Shown in pieces: positions 51,781 to 64,000 of a stretch of DNA of 64,000 nt. The notes under the pieces were generated by a model. That model did no database searches. It was not told the DNA's origin and saw only the letters and a program-made list of their open reading frames with translations. The translations under genes were made by a program, and so were the position numbers. The stretch comes from Epiperipatus broadwayi (lineage: Eukaryota; Animalia; Onychophora). How positions within the stretch are numbered: the first letter of the stretch is position 1; every line of letters starts with the position of its first letter. The stretch covers positions 24,366,001-24,430,000 of the forward strand of contig JAQFVV010000004.1 of NCBI GenBank assembly GCA_028023455.1. Reading direction: 5' to 3'.

Positions 51781-53604
51781 TTTCCATATATTCATCATTT
51801 TAAAAATCTCACAGAAATCTCAATAAAAAGCAAAAACACCCAGAAATCTCAATAAAAAATCTCTCAGAAAGCACAGAATAACCTAATGTGTCATTAACTC
51901 AAAAGATCACACTGATAAGAAAAGACATGTTTTGACACCTCTCTCTCAGATTATACAATTGTGAGTGCCATTGGTCATTTCATCACTGTGATGTGAAATT
52001 TTCACACTTTTGTTATGGATTACTTTCTTTCAATTGTGAGCACCAATCATTATTCCATGAGTCATTGTGGATGTGAGAAGTCTTCTATCTCCCTAACATC
52101 AAGCATCAATCATCATTCCAAGAGTCATTGTGAACATAGCAGCTCAAATACCAAAGTACTAAACATTGTCATCTACCATAATGTCATGAATAATATGAAC
52201 AAGCATATCAAACATTTGTAATAGTGCAAATATTGCACGAATTGTTGTGAGAGGGGTTTTATATGAAAGCCAGTTAAATAAAATTATTTTATTATATAAG
52301 TTGTATCTTTCTTCATACAAGATTTAAGGCAATGTTAAGTGATTTCTTAAAAGTCATAAATATGATATTTAAGTTTTGTCAATGTTTTAAAATGATTAAA
52401 GTTAAAGGATATATTGTTTTCCATTTTGCAATTCACTGAAAAGGCTGAAATTACCACATAATAAGCAGCTTTATAAAGAAACTTTCATCATAAATCTCTC
52501 TTTAACTTAATTTCATGATGATACTTTATCATCATCATTATTTTATAGGATAATGATATAAAAGATCTAGATTTCTCACCATAGTCTTACTTGGACTATT
52601 TATACAAAACTTAAAGATTTCCACCTTTAAGGTCTTACATTGTAAAAGATATTGAATAGTTTAATTACCTATTAACCATTGTTATCTGGTGTTATTTGAA
52701 TAAATATAAAATTCTATAATGATGTTTACTCTCATGATTCCATTAAGCACATATAAATGCTAATCACTGGTATATGATAAACCAAAGTTAAAAGATGTTT
52801 ATTATTAAAACAAATTTAATAAAAACTACACCATTTAGTTCAATTATGATACATAAATGTTATTAAAGATAGGAAGGATACAAAGGACATAAAATATTAG
52901 TCAATGCCTTACATACAAGTCATTTTGTCATAATATTGGCATATATTTATAAAGAATTGATGGTGATACCTAACCTTATAATAATTTTAAATTAATTTAT
53001 TAAAGAAAGAAATATAAATAATAAATCAGTTATAGAAATATGATTTTTAATAGGAATTAAATGCCAAGCATTGGTGATATAAATTTTAACGGGTCCATAT
53101 GCTTAAAATATATAATTATTAATTAAAATATGCAAGGGAGTTTTATTTTGTTTATTTATTTAATTTTTGTTGTCATTACTAACTTTAATTAATAAATAAT
53201 ATTTAATTATTAACATGCTATTTTGGGAGATTCTCTTTATTTAGAGTGAGAGATCCCATTGACATGAGTTTGCATTTAAACAACTAATTATTTAATTCAG
53301 CTCTGAAAAAAAAAGATTAATGTTTACATAAGTTCCTAGGAATGAAGGATTTTGGTATGGATGAACTGAGAGGATATCCACTATAAGAAGATCAAATTAA
53401 TTTAATCTTATTTAAAAGTTTTATTGTTGTTAGATGTATTAGATAGATGGACAAACCTTAATAAATGGCCTAGATGCATTACAATGACCCAAATAAATAT
53501 ATCTTATCCCAGATTGAATCTTCATTTGTAAGCAGCCAGTAAAAAATATTTAAAATTATTTTCTGCTTATATAATAGTTCATTAGTCAAGAATCTGCTTT
53601 CATA

Positions 53605-53714
53605 AAACTGGTGGTTGAGGTGATGTGATGTTGTGTTGCACTGCACTATGACTTCTTTTTCAGAATCAGGAATCTCTCAGCCACTATGCCCAGAGAAACT
53701 TGCTAGCCACTTTA
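53605..53714. repeat. Short dispersed repeat, copy 1
   Basis: gtgatgtgatg...aatctctcagc.a.tatgcccagagaaac.tg.tagccacttta also occurs at 62655-62764. Confidence 0.75.
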
Positions 53715-54508
53715 CATTCCCTTTCCATTCCCAGCCATGTTTTCCCCATATACATCTCTATTCTGCTCCAACCCATTTCCACAATATAATCTTTGTCAAC
53801 TTCATGGCCTTTATATCTAAACCCTCTTTATCTTTTGATATAAGAAATGTTGTATAAGAAAAACAAGTGTTTATTCTTCTTACTTTATTTTCTTCCATTT
53901 CTTCATATGTCATCATTAAACTCATTTCATGATAAATTGATCTAGGCTAAATTAAGCACAAGTAGTGTATAATACTAGTACAAAACACTTTTAATTTTGA
54001 AGTTTTCCTAAAACTTTTTCATTCAGATGTAATGAATTTTTAATTGTTAACACAAAGGGGTAGTTTTTAAATAATATAACACATTTTCTAAGATGATACT
54101 TTTACCATAAATAAAACAATGTAAATATAATCTATTTTATAGCATTATCAATCTAGTCCATCTTCTAGTTTAAGTGTCTAAACTGTAATCTAAAATTATA
54201 ATGTATTTTCTTTCTTTTGGAAATATTAAGCTGCACAATAGTGCATTTTCCTGACATTCTTCCACATCTAAAAAAAACCATTCATAAATTTTTCTTGATC
54301 ATTACTAACTTAATTTATTTTTGTAAATATGACCCTGACAAGCATTTTGCTTTCTATGCACTATCAAATACTTACAATATTGATGTTCAATGAACTTGCA
54401 TGTAAAAAATAAAAAGTTAAGAACAGACATTATATAAGTTAGTGTTTGCATGAAGATTTGTGGTGATGGTATTTAAATTGTTATTATATATTGGACTATT
54501 TTCATAAT

Positions 54509-54591
54509 CTAACATTAAATATTGAATGTTTTCAGAAAAAAAATTAAATTTAATTTAAATGTACTTTAAGACATTCAATATTTAATGTTAG
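54509..54591. repeat. Short hairpin (21 bp perfect arms)
   Basis: ctaacattaaatattgaatgt / acattcaatatttaatgttag. Confidence 0.8.
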
Positions 54592-55206
54592 TTAATATAA
54601 TTAAATAAACTACTTCAAAAAAAAAAGATCTCTTCATCTTTCATAAAAAAACAATAAAGAAGAAAATACTACCATCACACTTGTCAATTTCTGGATGGTG
54701 ATGGTTGAACAGTTTTCTATTCTTGTTTTATCCTTTAGTTAAATTACCTAACCATTTATTAAACATACTGAAGGGTTAAATAGATTAAACATGTTATCTG
54801 TGTAAATAAAATATCCAAACCCTTATTAAAATCTGAGAAAATAACTGAGTATTAAAGATTGAATTATAAATACTAACATTAAAGCCTTTAAAAAGTTATC
54901 CAAGTTTTAAAAAAGATTGAATAAAAATTATTAATCTCAAAATTAATATTTAAAGTCTAGGTTAATTAACAAAATATATGAACAATATAAGAAGTATGTA
55001 TTTATGCATTATATACAATGATATCACCATTATTAGAAAATCATTTGTAAATGAGTCTGGCCATTCTAAAAGCAGATAAAGATAAATGAATAAAAAGTTG
55101 ATGACTGTGCGATGATGATACAAATCAATCCATAAAATATAAATACGTCTATATATATATATTATTCTGTATTATGTTCTTTTACTTTTCTTAAAATAAT
55201 TGTAAT

Positions 55207-55414
55207 GATATATTAAGCACTTGGTGTTGCAAAGTTAAAAAAAACTTAACAGCAAAAATTTTTAATGTAATATTCTAAGTGTGCTTTCTGTATCTTTGTA
55301 TTGGTATCATTATCATAGCAATTATCAATACAAAAATATTGAAAGCATATTGGATTAAAAATTTTCAGTGTTAAACTTTTCTTACTTTGCATCACCAAGT
55401 GCTTAATATATATC
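55207..55414. mobile_element. Fold-back MITE-like element
   Basis: atatattaagcacttggtgttgcaaagt / actttgcatcaccaagtgcttaatatat, plus an inner inverted pair. Confidence 0.75.
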
Positions 55415-56059
55415 CATATATATAAAACACTGATCTTTTAGTCTATTTGACATCTTATATTGCTATCTTCTTCTGCAATAAACTTTTCTCTCAGAAATAC
55501 TTCAATGCTATACCTAATTCTAACCTCCCTTTGTATTCTATTATTATTAATATTATCTCAATCAAAGCTAAAAAAATATCGCATTTCTCAAGAGTGTATT
55601 TTAAATAAGCTTTTCCCATAAAAACCACACTCAAGACCATCATACAGTTTTTACTATTTAGTCTTTTCATAAATTCAATTCAATGATAAATGTCATTGCA
55701 ATAGAAAATAAAATATGATTACATCCAGCAAACATCGAAAAACATATTAATTTTATAATATTTTTGTCACATTATTGGAATATTACAGGACATCTTTAAA
55801 TTATTATTATTTTTTATCATTTTTAGACTATAACTGGCAGATAACATCTCTATATATGTCTGATTCAGTAATATTATGCATTCTATCTTCTAATTTAAAT
55901 GTGTAGTAGCAGCAATAAAGTTTGTGCTACATCTTAACATTTAAGTTTACCCATTTTTTTATTATAAAGTTACAGACATATTTAAATTACTTTCCAAGCT
56001 AAACGTTGCTGCATTTTTTTCTTCAATGGAAAACTAATAAAAAATTTAAAATTTTTGAA

Positions 56060-56624
56060 CTTTAATTACTAAATTAGGATATATTAAAAATATAAATAAA
56101 TTCTGTAGATCTTACTCTGAATTAGCAAAATTATCAATATACTGTATAAATTGCCCAGGATTTTTATTTATATAATATATTGATAATTGTTAGATCAGAA
56201 GTCAAACTCCATTACTTTAAATATTATAAATCTCTGCGCGCTCACGCACTCACATGTCAGTAAGAGTTTTAAAAGACTTAAGTGAATCACTTCAGTTTAG
56301 AGTGTATTTCTATAAATACACCAGCTTTAACTGACCATGCTAAATCAAGGCTTGAATTTATTGGGTGCCTGATGTTATAAACAAATTTTGAATTGTACAA
56401 ATCTATTTAATCTATTGCAGGAGAAAGGCAGTGTCTCATTTTTAACCACCCGTGATCAGATAAACATGACTTATAAATGTAAATCTATTATTATAAAGTG
56501 CTGAAAATCTTGAAATTGTTAGATCTCCGATAATATACTGTTAATTATATTATTTTGCTAATTCAGAGTAAAATCTACAGAATGTTATTAACATTTTTAA
56601 TGCATTCTAATTTAGTAATTAAAG
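56060..56624. mobile_element. MITE with ~70 bp TIRs
   Basis: ctttaattactaaattag...ttctgtagat.ttactctgaattagcaaaat is inverted at 56552-56624. Confidence 0.75.
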
Positions 56625-56639
56625 CAATTATTTCTAAAT

Positions 56640-57840
56640 TGCCCAGGATTCTAAATGAAGAAGTGAGACATGCAATTAAATTTAAGAAGAAGGAAAAGCT
56701 CCAAGTAATAATGAAATTATAATTAATGTCTTAAAATATTTAAATGAAGAAATAGAAAAATTGTTGACAAAGTTGTATACCAATTATCTAAATAATAAAA
56801 ATGTATCAGATGATTGGAAGAATACAGTATTAATATTAATATTTTAAAATAATGATAAAGAAGATATTAAAAATTACAGACACATCAGTCTTTTATCAGT
56901 TTTATACAAATTTTTTATCAAAATAATTACAATTCATCTACAGCAAACTTGGGATTTTAATCAACTCAAAGAACAAGCTGAATTTAAAAAAGGTTTTAGT
57001 ACAGTGGATCATATCCAAGTATTGAAAAAATTTATAGAAAGGACCAATGAATATGAATTATCATTATGATTTGGATTTGTAGATTATGAAAAGGGATTTG
57101 AATTTATAAGCATTTTTTTAGTGATTAAAGCATTGACCCAGGATATTGTCATATTCTGAAAAATATTTATAAAAATGCAACAGCAAGAATTAAATTATAT
57201 AATGATACTAAAAATATCAACATTGAGAAAGATATATGATAGTATGACTTCATATCTCCAACATTTTTACAGCAGTTTTGCAAGAAGTATTTTTTGGATT
57301 AAAATGGAAAGCAAAGAAAATAAAAGATTATTTAAGTCATCTAGATTTTGTAGATGATGTAGTTGCTTTTGAAAATAATGCCGTAGAGCTTCAGGATATA
57401 TTGCAAGAGTTATCAGATGAAACTAAAGTAAAAGAATTTTCTCAGAAGAAAAAAATAAAGATTGATAATGATGAGTTAGAAGTTAACAACTACAAATACC
57501 TTGGTCAGATTATTATTACAAATGAAAACATAATGAATAAAATCAGTCATAGAATTAAACTTGATTAGAGTGCTTTTGATAGAAATAACATAATATTAAA
57601 AGGAAATATGCTTATGTGTTTTAAAAAAAAGATTTTTAATAAATATGTATTACTAGTTCTTACTTACAGATCTGAGACTTGAACACATAACAGAAGAGCA
57701 ATACAGAGTTTTCAGATGATTCAACAAAGTATGGAGAGACATATGTTAGGAGTAACAAGAATAAATTAAAAACAAAATATGTGAGTGAAAAAACAAACAG
57801 GTATTTCTGATATTATCAAAAGAATTAAAAGGCTGAAGTT
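56640..57840 (+). pseudogene. RTE-clade LINE reverse transcriptase pseudogene
   Basis: EEVRHAIK..GKAP, WKNTVLILIF, KNYRHISLLSVLYKFF, EQAEFKKGFSTVDHI, FVDYEKGF, HLDFVDDVV, YKYLGQ and ISHRIKL. Confidence 0.9.
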
Positions 57841-59159
57841 CCTTCTACAGTCAAAAATTACATTGTCTTGCTATTATAAATGTTTAAAGTGCCTGTGAAA
57901 AAGGTTAAAGCCTTTCTCTTTATAATTACTGCCTGTGTACTTGATAAATAATTAGAGCAATATAAATTTTTTTAAAATTTAAATTGTATACTCAATCACC
58001 ACCATATAAAATTTAAGCCCTCAAATTGTATACTTTACATAATTACTTTGTTAATTAATACTTTATTTTATTCATAAAAATTAAACATGCTTCATGTATT
58101 TTTAGTTAATAATATGCTTTTATCCATTGGCTAAATATTATTTTATTCACAGACTTCAATAGTTGCCTTATGCTTTTAATATTATATCCTTACATATTTA
58201 TGTTTCTGTACATAAATCACAAGATATATCAAAGAATTGCACAAATGCTATACATGATATCCATGATTATTTTATCAAAGTTTGCTCATGTTATTTTAAT
58301 ATTTAAGAGAAAATTTATGAAGTATATATTTTATAAGAAATAATATATTGGAGTCATCTAAGCAATTTTATATAGTTTACTTACATATCATTGTACGATA
58401 TTTTATAAACATTTTTCTTTTTCTATACTTACTATACTTAAAAATTTTGTTAAAACTTCTACATTATGAACAACACAATGTATCAACAGAATGTGGTGTT
58501 TGGATCAAAAAAATAAACATCTTATTAGTATAAGAATGTAGTTGGAATAAATTACAATTTTAATTACTATGTTTTTCACACTATTGCATAAGATTCAATT
58601 ATAATTAATTAAAACTTAGAGAAAACAATATTTATAAGGAATTAAATAAAATTCTAATGTAGATATTGCCAATTTATTCAAGCATTAGATAACTCTGGAG
58701 TAAATAAAATAAATTACTATTCTTAGTGCACCACTTAACACGTAATTCCTACTTAATTCTTTTTATTTAAAGAATAAATATATCTCCATTTACAATATTT
58801 TGTTACATTTGCTAAAGTGAAACCATAATGTTATAATAACCTAAAAATTTAAAAATAGTTTCTTAAAGCAACTTAAGATATTATTGTGAGAAGTGATTAT
58901 AATTACTATTACAAAGGTTTTAGGTGAAGGGGGGAAGAGTCCTTCTGACATACTGGTAATAATAAATAATTGACTGGGTCACTATTTGCAAAGATCATAT
59001 AAAGTTTGAACCCTGGAATTGCTACAGTTTGAGTCATAATTCAGTGTAATCACTCAAAAGTGCACTAAATCATGCAGGTAAATAGATATTAATGGTAGAC
59101 AAACAAGTCATTAAATACATTAATAAAATTGATTTTTTATATATTTTATACAAAACCTT

Positions 59160-59735
59160 TTAAAGGGGGTTTGAACTCAGACTTTCACATGATCCTCAAT
59201 CACCCATGCTATCTCATACTGCTGATACACTTGATCACACACATGTTGAAAAGATAAATAATCACCAATAAATGTATTTTGTGCTAAACCAGCACTTGTC
59301 AGTTGTTCCAGATTATCATCTACACACATATATACAATCAAAGCTCAGCTTATATTAAGATAGCCAATCTTCATACTTTAATGGACAGATTTCAAACTAC
59401 TCCACCCCATAATTCTTCACCCATCCATTTCATTGAAAATCTGATGGTGAATGCTCAAAGCCCACCTTTGCATCATATCCATCAGATTTTCAATGAAATG
59501 GACAGCTGAAGAGTTGTGGGGTGGAGTATTTTGAAATCTGTCCATTAAAGTATAAAGATTGGCTATCTTAATATAAGCTGAGCTTTGATTGTATATATGT
59601 GTAGAGATGATAATATGGACCAACTGACGAGTGCTTATTTATCTTTTCGACATGTGTGTGATTCAAGTATATTAGCAGTATGAGATAGCATGGGTGGTTG
59701 AGGTTCATGTGAAAATCTGAGCTCAAACCCCTATA
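59160..59735. repeat. HHR family-1 inverted pair; degenerate HHRs at 59264-59306 (-) and 59619-59635 (+, truncated)
   Basis: Arms 59160-59447 and 59479-59735 are reverse complements. Left core CTGACAA...AAAA; right core CTGACGA followed by a deletion. Confidence 0.9.
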
Positions 59736-62338
59736 TATTACATATATAAGTGCAGATATGAAAAAAGCCTGTACTGTTAAAAAATTCATATTTCAAAATC
59801 TTTTTAAATAAAACTTTTGCATTATATTGAATTTTTATAGCAGAATGGCAAAAATCCCATCTTGAATTATAAAATGAAGAGATTTTCTGATATTCATTTT
59901 CCAAACATCACATCTCTATTTTAAAGAGAAATCACAATAAAAGATCAGTTATATTTTTTATGCTTTCTTTGGTAAGATATGCAATTATTTTCAATAGGCA
60001 CATATCATTTAAATTTACCTTTATTCATTGGTTATACTTGAATTTTGAAATTAAAAAAAAAAATGTCACTAGTTTCAACTAATGCTAATAGAAGAGGAAG
60101 TCAGTATATTAATTTATACCTAATAATTTTTAATACCGTGGAAGAAATGTTACTATAAAAACTTACAATTTATATTATTAATAGCCAGACAAACTTTTGC
60201 AGAAATAGATTAACCTAGATGGTGACCCTGATTAATATATTTATTAACAAAAAAAAAATCTAAGCCTAAAATATTGATTTAAGAAAGTAATAAACAAATA
60301 CAACATTTAATCAAATATTTTTAATTCAAAACATTATCACATATTTTTTTTGTGACTATAACATTATGCATTTGAAAATATACAAATAAAAATTACATCT
60401 AAATAAAATATTCTAATAAATAAATACTTTGAATGCAGTATATTTTATTCGGAGTTAAATTAATTAAATATAAATATATATGCTTATACAAGCATTATGC
60501 CTTTTATTAGTATGGATCAGATGATGAGAAAGTGATAGACCACAAAACAATATACAAAACAGTAAAATCTAAAGAAGATTTAAAAAAGAAGAGAAACAAT
60601 AAGATGTGTTATGTTTTTTAAAAATGTAAGAAATACTTAATATATGCAATTTCTTAATTTTTTTTATCAACATAGAGAACATTATTATTATAATCACTAA
60701 ATAGGAGAAAAATTTATAGCTTCAAATGATTGACTTCATGGACAAAATTTTTTATTGTAAGTTCAAATCACTGGAGGCCACTTGATTGGCCATTGACTTT
60801 TGCATTGAAAAATATGGACTAATGATGTTCAACTAAACCTCAAAAAATAATTCACAAAATCCATACACTCATATTCCTTTATCTAAATTATTTATCCAAG
60901 AATGCAAACTATCTTCTTATCATATAATTTTAGCATATATTAAAAACTTTTGATTATTATTTTAAATTTCAATGCAAATCTTTTAACCTAATCATTTTTA
61001 AATAGTAAAATGTCAATGATAAGTTAAGGAATAATGCCTTTTTGTCACAAATCTTGAAGCATTGCAATATCTTCCAAATGAAATTATAACATAATTATTG
61101 GTTCAATTCCTTTAAAATATTTGGAATAATTATTGTAAGAATCTGCATGTTTATACTAAAATGGTGTACACAATATATTTAAGGTTGGTGAATTGCAATG
61201 GCATATCACCAATCAGCTGTAAATGATTGTAAGTATTAAATATTGTATAAATCAAAGTATAAAAATAGAAAAACTTTCTGAAAACTTAAAAGGAAGAATG
61301 TAATTTCATATTTTATTTGATACTAAAGTAATTATGCTTTGTAGTGGTTTGTTCTTATATTGGTATTATATTATTTATATATATCTGCAGTTACAAGACT
61401 TTGCTCTTTTGTAAACAATGAACAGTTGAATATTCATAAAGATACATTCCTATTATAATATTTTGAATTAAGAACCTAATTTCAGTTTCTGGTTGATAAA
61501 TTTGTCTACATGACTATAGATAATGAAGAACTTTTTACAGGATTACATAACATACAAACATTCATTGCCTTTAGTAACTAACTTTAAAAGAAATAATTGA
61601 AGATTTGAAAGAAAAAAAAACATTATAATTAGATTCGGAAAGAGAAAGCTATAAATGTCTAGTTAGTTTGTCTATTATACTAACTTTTGGTAATTATAAT
61701 ATGTTTTGTTTTTCAAAATTAAAAACAATTATAATTATTTTTTTAACAAACTTTTATAACTATCACATAGACATAAATCTAACATTATAATCATTCACTT
61801 ATAAATGAGTATAACCATTTTAAATTCCGAAGAAAGAAGCAAAAATAGAAAGACAAATAATAATAATAAAAGATTAAAATCTAAATTGCTGTGTCTATTA
61901 TTAAAAGATGAAAATGTTAGCTGCACAAATATATGTTACCATTGTCACAAGTATGCAGAGAAATGGTTATGAGCATTAGAGGCTCACAATGACCAGATAA
62001 TTATTCTAATTTATGAAAGTGAAGACAGTAAAAAGAAAAAATGAAGACAAAAAATAATAGTAATAATAATTATTATTATTACTTAGTTATAAATATTATT
62101 AATAATAATCAACTATTTTATTAATCAGAAGTTCATAAGAAGTTTGAGAATTGGAAATGATCCAAACTCATCTCTATACTATTACAATAAACTACACCGG
62201 GCAATATTAATAACAATGTTGAGTCATTTTTCATTCATTGTTAATGATATTGTTATTGTTTAAGTGTAGACTGCTTTGATGTATTTACATTTATAAACCT
62301 ATCTAGCTTTGAGTATTATTAGCTTTATTATTTAAATA

Positions 62339-63282
62339 CACCTGGGTCTCATTTTATGAGGTAGATAGGTTACACAGAAAACCCGCATTAAAAAAAATCG
62401 CACAAAAATAGACTTAATTTACCTTGAAAAATGGGGGATAGGTTCTGTAATTTTCAGAATTCGCATAAAAGCAAAGCAACAAAGAAACATTACTTTAAAA
62501 TTCGCATTAAAAAAATAAGCAAATAAAGTATGACTAATAAAAAAAATCAAATATTTGAAAAAAATTAATACAAAACAAACTTTTTTTATTACTTCAGTAT
62601 TTAATTTTACATTTTTCATACATATTTTAATCATTACCACTAGCATTCATTTGTAAACTGGAAAGAAATCAGATTCAATGTGATGTGATGTATTGTAGCT
62701 TCTCCTTAAATGAAGTCAAGAATCTCTCAGCAATTATGCCCAGAGAAACCTGTTAGCCACTTTATTTTTATTCGTGATGTGATGTATAACTAGCGCCATT
62801 TTCAGTCTTGTGCTGTGTTAATGGTTTTCTGTTTCTATATTTAAAAAATGAGATCGTAATCAAAACAAAAAAATTATACATTATCATTAGAAAGATTATT
62901 TTCAGTTTATAAAATCTTCGTTTTTTATTTTAAAAATCTAAATGATTATTTATTTCTGTTATAATTTTTTTGAATATTTATTGTGATATTTTCATATGTA
63001 AGTATAAATCTATTATTATTATTTACTCATTAGTATAAATAGGTTATTTACATAGACACTAAAATTCTAAATACAGCTTCAGGCCATATTCACATTAGCT
63101 ACCAATATAACATTATATTTTTGGAAAGAAAAAAAGTATTTCAAGTGAAAATAAGTTATTAACAATTTAAATTTCTTGATATCTAATAAATATAGTGAAA
63201 TATGAAAGATATTAAGAAGAAACATGAATTGCATAACTTCAAAATTGCATTAAAATAATCTGCATAAAACAAGACCCAGGTG
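62339..63282. mobile_element. Non-autonomous Tc1/pogo-Tigger-like element with TA TSD
   Basis: TA-CACCTGGGTCTCATTTTATG ... CATAAAACAAGACCCAGGTG-TA; subterminal cgcattaaaaaa repeats. Confidence 0.7.
62655..62764. repeat. Short dispersed repeat, copy 2 (inside the Tigger-like element)
   Basis: Matches 53605-53714. Confidence 0.75.
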
Positions 63283-63594
63283 TAATGCAAAGTTTCAGTT
63301 GAGTTTGAAACTTATAATTCTCCATTTATTAGTTTGTTTTCAGAAGAGATTATATATGCCTATTTAATGAGTTTTTGTTTAAACTTCTTTGAATTAATAA
63401 TCTCACTCTCATTACTCAAGTTGCAATCTTTAGGGCCTATATAAAGACATTACACCATAAATAAAGATGGGTATCCACCTTTGTTATAAAAAGGAGGTTT
63501 CTTGACAACATATTGAGATTGTATATTGTTTAAGTGTAAAATGCTTTGATGTAATTACACACACACACACACACACATATATAAGAAATTTTAA

Positions 63595-63960
63595 TTCATA
63601 CTTCAAGCTCTCTATATCTATCCATTCCATCTTCTACAACCAATAGACATGACTATATATATATACATGTGAAAAAGGTAAATGATCTCCGATATAGATA
63701 TTTTTTGCTGAACCAGCACTCATCATTTGGTCCAGATCATCATCTTCCCCACAAATATATAATTAGTACTCAGTTTTTATATATGTGATTATATAAGTGT
63801 GTAGAAGATGATGATCTGGATCAACTAATGAGTTCTGTTTCAGCATGAAATATGTATATTGGAGATCATTTATCTTTTTCACATGTATGTGATTATGCAT
63901 ATCGGTTGTATAAAATAAAATGGATAGATGTAGAAAGCTTGAAAGTCTGAGTTTAAAATC
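63595..63960. repeat. HHR family-1 inverted pair; degenerate HHRs at 63689-63731 (-) and 63820-63862 (+)
   Basis: Left core ATGATGA..AAAA; right core CTAATGA..GAAATATGTATATTGG; the flanks of both arms match the family. Confidence 0.85.
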
Positions 63961-64000
63961 CTTTTAATGACATTAAATTCTGTATAGACAATATACTTGC

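Overview
Very AT-rich, CpG-poor eukaryotic (probably invertebrate) DNA. I can support no intact host protein-coding gene, and the ORF-track entries are transposon fragments or spurious. The window is mostly decayed mobile elements: an internally deleted LTR element, a probable solo LTR, four Penelope-like element (PLE) remnants, two L1/Tx1-like LINEs, an RTE LINE, a Merlin/ISXO2-type transposase pseudogene and many fold-back MITEs. The main result is a dense set of type I hammerhead ribozyme (HHR) motifs. Family 1 has 11 copies at 6 loci and a palindromic helix III (ATACGTAT); one copy is fully intact (8349-8392). It lies in a ~470-480 bp repeat with no ORF I could recognise, found as tandem and inverted arrays, i.e. 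retrozyme-like or PLE pseudo-LTR-like. Family 2 (helix III ACTAGT) lies in an unrelated ~460 bp unit, and two PLE remnants carry degenerate HHR-like motifs. All calls come from reading the sequence by eye; no database search or folding program was run.
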